Part shown: positions 14,826 to 29,400 of the stretch, piece after piece | How the letters are laid out: each line of letters opens with the position of its first letter | Position numbering within the stretch: position 1 is the stretch's first letter | NCBI RefSeq assembly: GCF_009914755.1 | Contig: NC_060933.1 | Direction: 5' to 3' (one strand) | Length of the DNA: 64,000 nt | From: the human T2T-CHM13v2.0 reference genome, Homo sapiens | The notes under the pieces: generated by a model | Told to the model about the DNA's origin: nothing | The model's input: only the letters and a program-made list of their open reading frames with translations | Database searches by the model: none | Translations under genes and position numbers: made by a program

Positions 14826-17800
14826 TTCCATTCCATTCCATTCCATTCCATTCCTTTCCATTCCATTACGGATGATTCCATTCCATTGCATTCCATTCCA
14901 TTCCATTCCCCTGTACTCGGGTTGATTCCATTCCATTCCATTCCAATCCATGCCATTCCACTCGTGTTGATTCCATTCTTTCCATTCCATTCAAGTTGAA
15001 TCCATTCCATTGCATTCCATTCAATTTGATTCCATTCGATTGCACTCGGGTTGATTCCATTCCATTGCATTCCATTCCATTCAATTCCATTCCATTCCAT
15101 TTCATTCCATTCCATTCCATTACATTCCATTCCATTGCATTCGGATTGATTCTATTAAATTCCCTTACACTGCATTACATTCCATTGCATTCGGGTAGTT
15201 TCCATTCCATTCCATTCCATTCCTCTCCATTCCATTGCACTCGGGTTGATTCCATTCCATTGCATTCCATTCCATTCCATTCCATTCCATTGCAATCGAG
15301 TTGATTCCATTCCATTCCATTCCATTCCGGATGATTCCATTCCATTGCCTTCAATTCCATTCCATTCTCCTGCACTCGGGTTGATTCCATTCCATTCCAT
15401 TCCATTCCATTCCATTCCATTTCATTCCGTTCCATTTCGTTCCATTTCATTCTATTCCGTAGCATTCCATTCCATTCCATTCCATTCCATTCCATTCTAT
15501 TCGGGTTAATTTCATTCCATTCCATTCCATTCCATTCCATTCCATTCCATTCCATTCCATTCCATTCCATTCCATTCCATTGCAATCGAGTTGATTCCAT
15601 TCCATTCCATTCAATTCCGGATGATTCCATTCCATTGCCTTCAATTCCATTCCATTCCCCTGCACTCGGGTTGATTCCATTCCATTCCATTCCATTTCAT
15701 TCCATTCCATTTCGTTCCATTCCATTATATTCCGTACCATTCCATTCCATTCCATTCCATTGCATACCATTCCATTCCGTTCCATTCCATTCCATTCCAT
15801 TCCATTCCATTTCATTCCATTCCATTTCGTTCCATTCCATTTTATTCTGTACCATTCCATTCCATTCCATTCTATTCCATTCCATTCCATTGCATTCCAT
15901 TCCATTCCATTCCATGCCATTCCACTCGGGTTGATTCCTTTCCCTTCCATTCCATTCGAGTTGAATCCATTCCATTCCATTCCATTCCATTCCATTCCAT
16001 TCCATTCCATTCCATTGCACACGGGTTCATTCCATTCCATTCCATTCCATTCCATTCCATTCCATTCTATTCCATTCCATTTCGTTCCATTCCATTCTAT
16101 TCTGTACCATTCCATTCCATTCAATTCCACTCCATTCCATGCCATTCCACTCGGGTTTATTCCATTTCTTTTCATTCCATTCGGGTTGAATCCATTCCAT
16201 TCCATTCCATTCCATTCCTTTCGATTCCATTACATTGCACTCGGGATGATTCCATTCCATTCCATTCCATCCTATTCCATTCCATTCCATGACACTCCAC
16301 TCGGGTTGATTCCATTCCTTTCCATTCCATTCGAGTTGAACCCATTCCATTCCATTCCACTCCATTCCATTCCATTCCATTCCACTCCATTCCATTCCAT
16401 TCCATTCCATTCCATTCCATTCCATTCCATTCCATTCCATTGCACACGATTTCATTCCACTCCATTCCATTCCATTCCATTCCATTTCGCTCCATTCCAT
16501 TCTATTCCGTACCATTCCATTCCATTCCATTCCATTCCATTCCATTCCATTCCATGCCATTCTACTCGGGTTGATTCCATTCCTTTCCATTCCATTCGAG
16601 TTGAACCCATTCCATTCCATTCCATTCCATTCCATTCCATTCCATTCCATTCCATTGCACACGGGTTCATTTCATTCCATTCCATTCCATTCCATTCCAT
16701 TCCATTCCATTTCGTTCCATTCCATTCTATTCCATACCATTCCATTCCATTCCATTCCATTAGACTCCATTCCATGCCATTCCACTCGGGTTTATTCCAT
16801 TCCTTTCCATTCCATTCGGGTTGAATCCATTCCATTCCATTCCATTCCATTCCATTCCATTCTATTACATTGCACTCGTGTTGTTTCCATTCCATTACAT
16901 TCCATTCCATTCCATTCCATTCCATTCCATTCCATGCCATTCCACTCGGGTTGATTCCATTCCATTCCATTCTATTCGAGTCGAACCCATTCCATTCCAT
17001 TCCATTCCATTCCATTCCATTCCATTCCATTCCATTGCACACGGTTTCATTCCATTCCATTCCATTCCATTCTATTCCATTTCGTTCCATTCCATTCTAT
17101 TCCGTACCATTCCATTCCATTCCATTCCATTCCACTCCATTTCATTCCATTCCATGCCATTCCACTCGGGTTTATTACATTCCTTTCCATTCCATTCGGG
17201 TTGAATCCATTCCTTTCCATTCCATTCCGTTCAATTCCATTCCATTGCACTCGGGTTGATTCCATTCCATTCCATGCCATTCCATTTCATTCCGTTCCAT
17301 TCCATTCCATTACATTCGGATTGATTCTTTTCAATTCCCTTACACTCCATTACATTCCATTCCATTCGGGTAGTTTCATTCCATTCGATTCCATTACACT
17401 CCATTGCATTGCACTCGGGTTGATTGATTCCATTCCATTGCATTCCATTCCATTCAATTCCATTCCGGATGATTCCATTCCATTGCATTCCATTCCATTC
17501 CATTCCCCTGCACTCTGGTTGATTCCATTCCATTCCATTCCATTCCATTCCGTTCCGTTCCATTCCATTCCATTCCATTCCATTCCATTCCATTCCATTC
17601 TGTTCAGGTTAATTCCATTCCATTCCATTCCCTTCCATTCCATTCCATTTCATTCCATTCCATTCCATTCCATTGCAATCTAGTTGATTCCATTGCTTTC
17701 CATTCCATTCCATTCCATTGCATTCCATTGCATTCCATTCCCCTGCACTCAGGTTGATTCCATTCCATTCTATTCGGGTTAATTCCATTCCATTCCATTC

Positions 17801-20129
17801 CCTTACATTCCATAGCAATCGAGTTGATTCCATTCCATTCCATTCCATTCCATTCCATTCCATTCAAGTCCTTTCCATTCCATTCCACTCGTTTTGATTC
17901 CATTTTATTAGTTTCCATTCCATTCCATTCCCTTCCATTCCACTCTGGTTGATTCCATTCCTTTCCATTCCACTCGAATTCATTCCCTTCTATTCCACTC
18001 GGAATGATTGCATTCCATTCCATTCCATTCCATTCCATTCCATTCCATTTCGTTCCATTGCATTCTATTCCGTACCATTCCATTCCATTCCATTCCATGC
18101 CATTCCACTCGGGTTGATTCCATGGCTTTCCATTCCATTTGGGTTGAATCCATTCCATTCCATTCCATTCCATTCCATTCCATTCCATTCTATTCCATTG
18201 CACTAGGTTTGATTCCATTCCACTGCATTCCATTCCATTCCATTCCATTCCATTCCGTTCCATTCCATTCCATTCCATTACATTCGGATTGATTGTATTC
18301 AATTCCCTTACACTCCATTTCATTCCATTCCATTCAGGTTGTTTCCATTCCATTCCAATCCATTCCACTCCATTCCATTGCACTCGGGTTGATTGCATTC
18401 CATTCCATTCCATTCTATTCCATTTCCTTCCATTCCATTCTATTCGGTACCATTCCATTCCATTCCATTCCAATCCATTCCATTCCATGCCATTCCACTT
18501 GGGTTGATTCCCTTCCTTTCCATTCCATTCGGGTTGAATCCATTCCATTCCATTCCATTCCATTCCTTTCCATTCCATTGCACACGGGTTGGTTCCATTC
18601 CGTTCCTCTCCGTTCCATTCCGGATGACTCCATTCCATTGCATTCCATTCCATTCCATTCCATTGCCCTGCACTCGGGTTCATTACCTTCCATTCCATTT
18701 ACTTCCATTCCATTCCATTCCATTCTATTCGGGTTAATTCCATTCCATTCCATTCCATTCCATTCCATTCCATTCCATTCCATTCCATTGCAATCGAGTT
18801 GATTCCATTCCATTCCATTCAATTCCGGATTATTCCATTCCATTGCCTTCAATTCCATTCCATTCCCCTGCACTCGGGTTGATTCCATTCCATTCCATTC
18901 CATTCCATTCCATTTCATTCCATTCCATTTCGTTCCTTTCCATTCTATTCCGTACCATTCCATTCCATTCCATTCCATTCCATTCCATTCCATGCCATTC
19001 CACTCGGGTTGATTCCATTCCTTTCCATTCCATTCGAGTTCAATCCATTCCAATCCATTCCATTCCATTCGATTCCATTCTATTGCACACGGGTTCATTC
19101 CATTCCATTCCATTCCATTCCATTCCATTCCATTTCCTTCCATTCCATTCTATTCCGTACCATTCCATTCCATTCCATTCCATTCCATTCCACTCCATTC
19201 CATGCCATTCCACTCGGGTTTATTCCATTCCTTTCCATTCCATTCTGGTTGAATCCATTCCATTCCATTCCATTCCATTCGATTCCATTACATTGCACTC
19301 GGGTTGATTCCATTCCATTCCATTCCTTTACATTTCATTCCATTCCACTCCATTCCATGCCATTCCACGCGGGTTTATTCCATTCCTTTCCATTACATTC
19401 GTGTTGAATCCATTCCATTCCATTCCATTCCATTCGATTCCATTACACTGCACTCGGGTTGATTCCATTCCATTCCATTACATTACATTTCATTCCATTC
19501 CATTCCATTCCATTCCATTCCATTCCATTCCATTCCATTCCATGCTATTCCACTCGTGTTGATTCCATTCCTTTCCATTCCATTCGAGTTGAACCCATTC
19601 CATTCCATTCCATTCCATTCCATTCCATTCCATTGCACACGGGTTCATTCCATTCCATTCCATTCCATTCCGTTCCATTCCATTCCGTTCCATTCCATTC
19701 CATTCCATTCTGTTCAGGTTAATTCCATTCTATTCCTTTCCCTTCCATTCCATTCCATTCCATCCCATTGCAGTCGAGTTGATTCCATTGCATTCCATTC
19801 CATTACGTTCCATTGCATTCCATTCCATTCCATTCCCCTGCACTCAGTTTGATTCCATTCGATTCCATTCCATTCCATTCCATTCCGTTCCTTTCCATTC
19901 CATTCCATTCTATTCGCGTTAATTGCATTCCATTCCATTCCATTACATTCCATTGCAATCGAGTTGATTCCATTCCATTCCGTTCCATTCCATTCCATTC
20001 CATTCCATTTCGGTCCATTCCGTTCTATTCCGTTCCATTCCATTCCATTCCATTCCATTCCATTCCATTCCATTCCATGCCATTCCACTCGGGTTGATTC
20101 CATTGCTTTCCATTCCATTTGGATTGAAT

Positions 20130-22230
20130 CCATTCCATTCCATTCCATTCCATTCCATTCCATTCCATTGCACTAGGTTTGATTCCATTCCACTGCATTC
20201 CATTCCATTCCATTCCATTCCGTTCCATTCCATTCCATTACATTCGGATTGATTGTATTCAATTCCCTTACACTCCATTTCATTCCATTCCATTCGGGTT
20301 GTTTCCATTCCATTCCATTCCATTCCACTCCATTCCATTGCACTCGGGTTGATTCCATTCCATTCCATTCCATTCTATTCCATTTGGTTCCATTCCATTC
20401 TATTCGGTACCATTCCATTCCATTCCATTCCATTCCATTCCATGCCATTCCACTTGGGTTGATTCCCTTCCTTTCCATTCCATTCGGGTTGAATCCATTC
20501 CATTCCATTCCATTCCATTCCATTCCATTCCATTCCATTCCTTTCCATTCCATTGCACACGGGTTGATTCCATTCCATTCCTTTCTGTTCCATTCCGGAT
20601 GACTCCATTCCATTGCATTCCATTCCATTCCATTCCCCTGCACTCGGGTTCATTACATTCCATTCCATTTACTTCCATTCCATTCCATTCCATTCCATTC
20701 CATTCTATTCGGGTTAATTCCTTTCCATTCCATTCCATTCCATTCCATTCCATTCCATTCCATTCCATTCCATTCCATTGCAATCGAGTTGATTCCATTC
20801 CATTCCATTCAATTCCGGATGATTCCATTCCATTGCCTTCAATTCCATTCCATTCCCCTGCAGTCGGGTTGATTCCATTCCATTCCATTCCATTCCATTC
20901 CATTCCATTCCATTACAATCGAGTTGATTCCATTCCATTCCATTCCATTCCATTCCAGTCCTTTCCATTCCATTCCACTCGGGTTGATTCCATTCTATTA
21001 GTTTCCATTCCATTCCATTCCCTTCCATTCCACTCTGGTTGATTCCATTCCTTTCCATTCCACTCGAATACATTCCCTCCTATTCCACTTGGAACGATTC
21101 CATTCCATTCCATTCCATTCCATTCCATTCCATTCCATTCCATTTCCTTCCATTCCATTCTATTCCGTACCATTCCATTCCATTCCATTCCATTCTATTT
21201 GGGTTAATTCCATTGCATTCCATTCGATTGCAATCGAGTTGATTCCATTCCATTCCATTCCATTCCATTCCATTCCATTCCATTCCATTCCTTTCCATTA
21301 CATTACGGATGATTCCATTCCATTGCATTCCATTCCATTCCATTCCCCTGTACTCGGGTTGATTCCATTCCATTCCATTCCACTCCATTCCATTCCTTTC
21401 CATTCCATTCCATTCCATGTCATTCCACTCGCGTTGATTCCATTCCCTTCCATTCCATTAGAGTTGAATCCATTCCATTCCATTCCATTCCATTCCATTC
21501 CATTGCACTAGGTTTGATTCCATTCCACTGCATTCCATTCCATTCCATTCCATTCCGTTCCATTCCATTCCATTACATTCGGATTGATTGTATTCAATTC
21601 CCTTACACTCCATTTCATTCCATTCCATTCGGGTTGTTTCCATTCCATTCCATTCCATTCCACTCCATTCCATTGCACTCGGGTTGATTCCATTCCATTC
21701 CATTCCATTCTATTCCATTTGGTTCCATTCCATTCTATTCGGTACCATTCCATTCCATTCCATTCCATTCCATTCCATGCCATTCCACTTGGGTTGATTC
21801 CCTTCCTTTCCATTCCATTCGGGTTGAATCCATTCCATTCCATTCCATTCCATTCCATTCCATTCCATTCCATTCCTTTCCATTCCATTGCACACGGGTT
21901 GATTCCATTCCATTCCTTTCTGTTCCATTCCGGATGACTCCATTCCATTGCATTCCATTCCATTCCATTCCCCTGCACTCGGGTTCATTACATTCCATTC
22001 CATTTACTTCCATTCCATTCCATTCCATTCCATTCCATTCTATTCGGGTTAATTCCTTTCCATTCCATTCCATTCCATTCCATTCCATTCCATTCCATTC
22101 CATTCCATTCCATTGCAATCGAGTTGATTCCATTCCATTCCATTCAATTCCGGATGATTCCATTCCATTGCCTTCAATTCCATTCCATTCCCCTGCAGTC
22201 GGGTTGATTCCATTCCATTCCATTCCATTC
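20130..22230 (+). repeat. ~0.74 kb direct duplication (offset 1335) flanking a ~0.6 kb inserted segment
   Basis: ORFs 20173..20643 and 21508..21978 are identical, as are 20249 and 21584. CACTAGG is at 20171 and 21506. The intervening 20890-21500 matches 45055-45665 (offset 24167). Confidence 0.88.
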
Positions 22231-24299
22231 CATTCCATTTCATTCCATTCCATTTGGTTCCATTCCATTCTATTCCGTACCATTCCATTCCATTCCATTC
22301 CATTCCATTCCATTCCATTCTATTCGGGTTAATTCCATTCCATTCCATTCCATTCCATTCCATTCCATTCCATTCCATTCCATTGCAATCGAGTTGATTC
22401 CATTCCATTCCATTCAATTCCGGATGATTCCATTCCATTGCCTTCAATTCCATTCCATTCCCCTGCACTCGGGTTGATTCCATTCCATTCCATTCCATTC
22501 CATTCCATTCCATTCCATTCCATTTCTTTTCATTCCATTTCGTTCCATTCCATTCTATTCCGTACCATTCCATTCCACTCCATTCCATTCCTTTCCATTC
22601 CATTCCATTCCATGTCATTCCACTCGCGTTGATTCCATTCCCTTCCATTCCATTAGAGTTGAATCCATTCCATTCCATTCCATTCCATTCGATGCCATTC
22701 CATTGCACACGGGTTCATTCCATTCCATTCCTTTCTGTTCCATTCCGGATGACTCCATTCCATTGCATTCCATTCCATTCCATTCCCCTGCACTCGGGTT
22801 CATTACATTCCATTCCATTTACTTCCATTCCATTCCATTCCATTCCATTCCATTCCATTCTATTCGGGTTAATTCCATTCGATTCCATTCCATTCCATTC
22901 CATTCCATTCCATTCCATTCCATTGCAATCGAGTTGATTCCATTCCATTCCATTCCATTCCGGATGATTCCATTCCATTGCCTTCAATTCCATTCCATTC
23001 CCCTGCAGTCGGGTTGATTCCATTCCATTCCATTCCATTCCCTTTCATTCCATTCCATTTCGTTCCATTCCATTCTATTCCGTACCATTCCATTCCATTC
23101 CATTCCATTCCATACCATTCTATTCGGGTTAATTCCATTCCATTCCATTCCATTCCATTCCATTCCATTCCATTCCATTCCATTCCATTCCATTCCATTC
23201 CATTCCATTGCAATCGAGTTGATTCCATTCCATTCCATTCAATTCCGGATGATTCCATTCCATTGCCTTCAATTCCATTCCATTCCCCTGCACTCGGGTT
23301 GATTCCATTCCATTCCATTCCATTCCATTCCATTCCATTCCATTTCATTCCATTCCATTTCTTTCCATTCCATTCTATTCCGTACCATTCCATTCCACTC
23401 CATTCCATTCCATTCCATTCCATTCCATTCCATTCCATTCCATGCCATTCCACTCGCGTTGATTCCATTCCCTTCCATTCCATTAGAGTTGAATCCATTC
23501 CATTCCATTCCATTCCATTCCATTCCACACGGGTTCATTCCATTCCATTCCATTCCATTCCCTTCCATTCCATTTCGTTACATTCCATTCTATTCCTTAC
23601 CATTCCATTCCATTCCATTCCACTCCATTCCATGCCATTCCACTCGGGTATATTCCATTCCTTTTAATTCCATTCGGGTTGAATCCATTCCATTCCATTC
23701 CATTCCATTCGATTCCATTACATTGCACTCGGGTTGATTCCATTCCATTCCATTCCATTACATTTCATTCCATTCCATTCCATTCCATTTCATTCAATTC
23801 CATTCCATTCAATGCCATTCCACTCGTGTTGATTCCATTCCTTTCCATTCCATTACATTTCATTCCATTCCATTCCATTCCATTTCATTCAATTCCATTC
23901 CATTCCATGCCATTCCACTCGTGTTGATTCCATTCCTTTCCATTCCATTCGAGTTGAACCCATTCCATTCCATTCCATTCCATTCCATTCCATTGCACGC
24001 GGGTTCATTCCATTCCATTCCGTTCCATTCCATTCCATTCCATTCCATTCCATTCCATTCCATTCCATTACATTCCATTTCGTTCCATTCCATTCTATTC
24101 CGTACGATTCCATTGCATTCCATTCCATTCCATTCCTTTCCATTCCATTGAAATCGAGTTGATTCCATTCCATTCCGTTCCATTCCATTCCATTCCATTC
24201 CATTCCGGATGATTCCATTCCACTGCATTCCATTCCTTTAAATTCCCCTGCACTTGGGGTGATTCCTTTCCATTCTATTCCATTCCATTCCATTCCATT

Positions 24300-26400
24300 G
24301 CATTCCATTCCATTCCATTCCATTCCATTTCATTGCAATCGAGTTGATTCCATTGCATTCCATTCCATTCCATTCCAGTCCTTTCCATTCCATTCCACTC
24401 GGGATGATTCCATTCTATTCCTTTCCATTCCATTCGATTCCATTCCATTCCACTCTGGTTGATACCACTCCTTTTCATTCCACTCGAAAACATTCCCTTC
24501 TATTCCACTCGGAATGATTCCATTCCATTCCATTCCATTCCATTCCATTCCATTCCATTCCATTCCGTTTCGTTCCATTACATTCTATTCCGTACCATTC
24601 CACTCCATTCCATTCCATTACATTTCATACCATTCCTCTCGGGTTGATTCCATTCCTTTCCATTCCATTCGGGTTGAATCCATTCCATTCCATTCCTTTC
24701 CATTCCATTCCATTCCATTGCACTCGGGTTGATTCCATTCCATTCCATTCCGTTCCATTCCGGATGACTCCATTCCATTGCATTCCATTCCATTCCATTC
24801 CCCTGCACTCGGTTTCATTACATTCCATTCCATTCACTTCCATTCCATTCCATTCCATTCCATTCCATTCCATTCCATTCCATTCCATTTCAATCGAGTT
24901 GATTCCATTCCATTCCATTCCATTCCATTCAATTCCGAATGATTTCATTCCATTGCCTTCCATTCCATTCCATTCCCCTGCACTCGGGTTGATTTCATTC
25001 CATTCCATTCCATTCCATTCCATTCCATTCCATTCCATTCCATTCCATTTCGTTCCATTCCATTCTATTCCGTACCATTCCATTCCATTCCATTCCATTC
25101 CATTCCATTCCATTTCCGTCCATTCCATTCCATTCCATTCCATTCCATTCCATTCCATTTCCTTCCATTCCATTCCATTCCATTCCATTCCATTCCATTC
25201 CATTCCATTCCATTCCATTCCATTCTATTAGGGTTAATTCCATTCCATTCCATTCCATTCCATTGCATTCCATTCCATTCCATGCCATTCCACTCGGGTT
25301 GATTCCATTCCTTTCCATTCCATTCGAGTTGAATCCATTCCATTCCATTCTATTCCATTCCATTCCTTTCCATTCCATTCAATTCCATTCTATTCCGGTT
25401 AATTCCATTCCATTCCATTCCATTCCATTCCATTTCATTGCAATCGAGTTGATTCCATTGCATTCCATTCCATTCCATTGCAGTCCTTTCCATTCCATTC
25501 CACTCAGGTTGATTCCATTCTATTCCTTTCCATTCCATTCGATTGCATTCCATTCCACTCGATTCCATTCCATTCCATTCTGGTTGATTCCATTCCTTTT
25601 CATTCCACTCGAAAACATTCCCTTCTATTCCACTCGGAATGATTCCATTCCATTCCATTCCATTCCATTTCGTTCCATTACATTCTATTCTGTACCATTC
25701 CACTCCATTCCATTCCATTCCATTCCATGCCATTCCTCTCGGGTTGATTCCATTCCTTTCCATTCCATTCGGGTTGAATCCATTCCATTCCATTCCTTTC
25801 CATTCCATTCCATTCCATTGCACTCGGGTTGATTCCATTCCATTCCATTCCGTTCCATTCCGGATGACTCCATTCCATTGCATTCCATTCCATTCCATTC
25901 CCCTGCACTCGGTTTCATTACATTCCATTCCATTCACTTCCATTCCATTCCATTCCATTCCATTCCATTCCATTCCATTTCAATCGAGTTGATTCCATTC
26001 CATTCCATTCCATTCCATTCAATTCCGAATGATGTCATTCCATTGCCTTCCATTCCATTCCATTTCCCTGCACTCGGGTTGATTCCATTCCATTCCATTC
26101 CATTCCATTCCATTCCATTCCATTCCATTCCATTTCGTTCCATTCCATTCTATTCCGTACCATTCCATTCCATTCCATTCCATTCCATTCCATTCCATTC
26201 CATTCCATTCCATTTCCTTCCATTCCATTCCATTCCATTCCATTCCATTCCATTCCATTCTATTAGGGTTAATTCCATTCCATTCCATTCCATTCCATTC
26301 CATTCCATGCCATTTCACTCGGGTTGATTCCATTCCTTTCCATTCCATTCGAGTTGAATCCATTCCATTCCATTCCATTCCATTCCATTCCATTGCACAC
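24300..26400 (+). repeat. ~1.1 kb tandem duplication (also at ~47270-49380)
   Basis: ORFs 24578..24808 and 25678..25908 are nearly identical at offset 1100. Both carry CGAAAACATTCCCTTCT, CGGTTTCATTAC, CCGAATGAT and TATTAGGGTTAA. Confidence 0.8.
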
Positions 26401-29400
26401 GGGTTCATTCCATTCCATTCCATTCCATTCCATTTCGTTCCATTCCATTCTATTCCATACCATTCCATTCCATTCCATTCCATTAGACTCCATTCCATGC
26501 CATTCCACTCGGGTTTATTCCATTCCTTTCCATTCCATTCGGGTTGAATCCATTCCATTCCATTCCAATCCATTCCATTCGATTCCATTACATTGCACTC
26601 GTGTTATTTCCATTCCATTCCATTCCATTCCATTCCATTCCATTCCATTCCATGGCATTCCACTCGGGTTGATTCCATTCCATTCCATTCCATTCGAGTC
26701 GAACCCATTCCATTCCATTCCATTCCATTCCATTCCATTCCATTCCATTCCATTCCATTCCATTGCACACGGTTTCATTCCATTCCATTCCATTCCATTC
26801 TATTCCATTTCGTTCCATTCCATTCTATTCCGTACCATTCCATTCCATTCCATTCCATTCCCCTCCATTTCATTCCATTCCATGCCATTCCACTCGGGTT
26901 TATTCCATTCCTTTCCATTCCGTTCGGGTTGAATCCATTCCTTTCCATTCCATTCCGTTCAATTCCATTCCATTGCACTCGGGTTGATTCCATTCCATTC
27001 CATGCCATTCCATTTCATTCCGTTCCATTCCATTCCATTACATTCGGATTGATTCTTTTCAATTCCCTTACACTCCATTACATTCCATTCCATTCGGGTA
27101 GTTTCCATTCCATTCGATTCCATTACACTCCATTGCATTGCACTCAGGTTGATTGATTCCATTCTATTGCATTCCATTCCATTCAATTCCATTCCGGATG
27201 ATTCCATTCCATTGCATTCCATTCCATTCCATTTCATTCCATTCCATTCCATTCCCCTGCACTCGGGTTGATTCCATTCCATTCCATTCCATTCCATTCC
27301 GTTCCATTCCATTCCATTCCATTCCATTCCATTCCATTCCATTCCATTCCATTCTGTTCAGGTTAATTCCATTCCATTCCATTCCCTTCCATTCCATTCC
27401 ATTCCATTCCATTCCATTCCATTCCATTGCAATCTAGTTGATTCCATTGCATTCCATTCCATTCCATTCCATTGCATTCCATTGCATTCCATTCCCCTGC
27501 ACTCAGGTTGATTCCATTCCATTCCATTCCATTCCATTCCATTCTATTCGGGTTAATTCCATTCCATTCCATTCCCTTACATTCCATAGCAATCGAGTTG
27601 ATTCCATTCCATTCCATTCCATTCCATTCCATTCCATTCCATTCCATTCCATTCCATTCAAGTCCTTTCCATTCCATTCCACTCGTTTTGATTCCATTTT
27701 ATTAGTTTCCATTCCATTCCATTCCATTCCAATCCACTCTGGTTGATTCCATTCCTTTCCATTCCACTCGAATTCATTCCCTTGTATTCCACTCGGAATG
27801 ATTGCATTCCATTCCATTCCATTCCATTCCATTCCATTCCATTCCATTTCGTTCCATTGCATTCTATTCCGTACCATTCCATTCCATTCCATTCCATGCC
27901 ATTCCACTCGGGTTGATTCCATGGCTTTCCATTCCATTTGGGTTGAATCCATTCCATTCCATTCCATTCCATTCCATTCCATTCCATTCTATTCCATTGC
28001 ACTAGGTTTGATTCCATTCCACTGCATTCCATTCCATTCCATTCCATTCCATTCCGTTCCATTCCATTCCATTCCATTACATTCGGATTGATTGTATTCA
28101 ATTCCCTTACACTCCATTTCATTCCATTCCATTCAGGTTGTTTCCATTCCATTCCAATCCATTCCACTCCATTCCATTGCACTCGGGTTGATTGCATTCC
28201 ATTCCATTCCATTCTATTCCATTTCCTTCCATTCCATTCTATTCGGTACCATTCCATTCCATTCCATTCCAATCCATTCCATTCCATGCCATTCCACTTG
28301 GGTTGATTCCCTTCCTTTCCATTCCATTCGGGTTGAATCCATTCCATTCCATTCCATTCCATTCCATTCCTTTCCATTTCATTGCACACCGGTTGGTTCC
28401 ATTCCGTTCCTTTCCGTTCCATTCCGGATGACTCCGTTCAATAGCATTCCATTCCATTCCATTCCATTCCCCTGCACTCGGGTTCATTACCTTCCATTCC
28501 ATTTACTTCCATTCCATTCCATTCCATTCTATTCGGGTTAATTCCATTCCATTCCATTCCATTCCATTCCATTCCATTCCATTCCATTCCATTCCATTGC
28601 AATCGAGTTGATTCCATTCCATTCCATTCAATTCCGGATGATTCCATTCCATTGCCTTCAATTCCATTCCATTCCCCTGCACTCGGGTTGATTCCATTCC
28701 ATTCCATTCCATTCCATTCCATTTCATTCCATTCCATTTCGTTCCTTTCCATTCTATTCCGTACCATTCCATTCCATTCCATTCCATTCCATTCCATTCC
28801 ATGCCATTCCACTCGGGTTGATTCCATTCCTTTCCATTCCATTCGAGTTCAATCCATTCCAATCCATTCCATTCCATTCGATTCCATTCCATTGCACACG
28901 CGTTCATTCCATTCCATTACATTCCATTCCATTCCATTAAATTCCATTCCATTTCCTTCCATTCCATTCTATTCCGTACCATTCCATTCCATTCCATTCC
29001 ATTCTATTCCACTCCATTCCATGCCATTCCACTCGGGTTTATTCCATTCCTTTCCATTCCATTCTGGTTGAATCCATTCCATTCCATTCCATTCCATTCG
29101 ATTCCATTACATTGCACTCGGGTTGATTCCATTCCATTCCATTCCTTTACATTTCATTCCATTCCACTCCATTCCATGCCATTCCACGCGGGTTTATTCC
29201 ATTCCTTTCCATTACATTCGTGTTGAATCCATTCCATTCCATTCCATTCCATTCGATTCCATTACACTGCACTCGGGTTGATTCCATTCCATTCCATTAC
29301 ATTACATTTCATTCCATTCCATTCCATTCCATTCCATTCCATTCCATTCCATTCCATGCCATTCCACTCGTGTTGATTCCATTCCTTTCCATTCCATTCG

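Larger units (their letters stand above)
1..15300 (+). repeat. HSat3 domain I: diverged mosaic of dialect-I modules
   Basis: Enriched for GGAAGATTCC, TCGATTGCAATCGA, GGTTTGAAGGCA (831, 5361, ~7597, ~12108, ~14125), CGAATACATTCCCTCC and CATTCTTTCCATTCCATTCAAGTTGAAT. The 5-bp register shifts often. The right boundary is approximate. Confidence 0.75.

Noticed and set aside
25226-25236. TTAGGG telomere-like hexamer (also ~26263, 38527, 39237 and their copies)
   Set aside because: Isolated single C>A variants of TATTCGGGTTAA, never in tandem.
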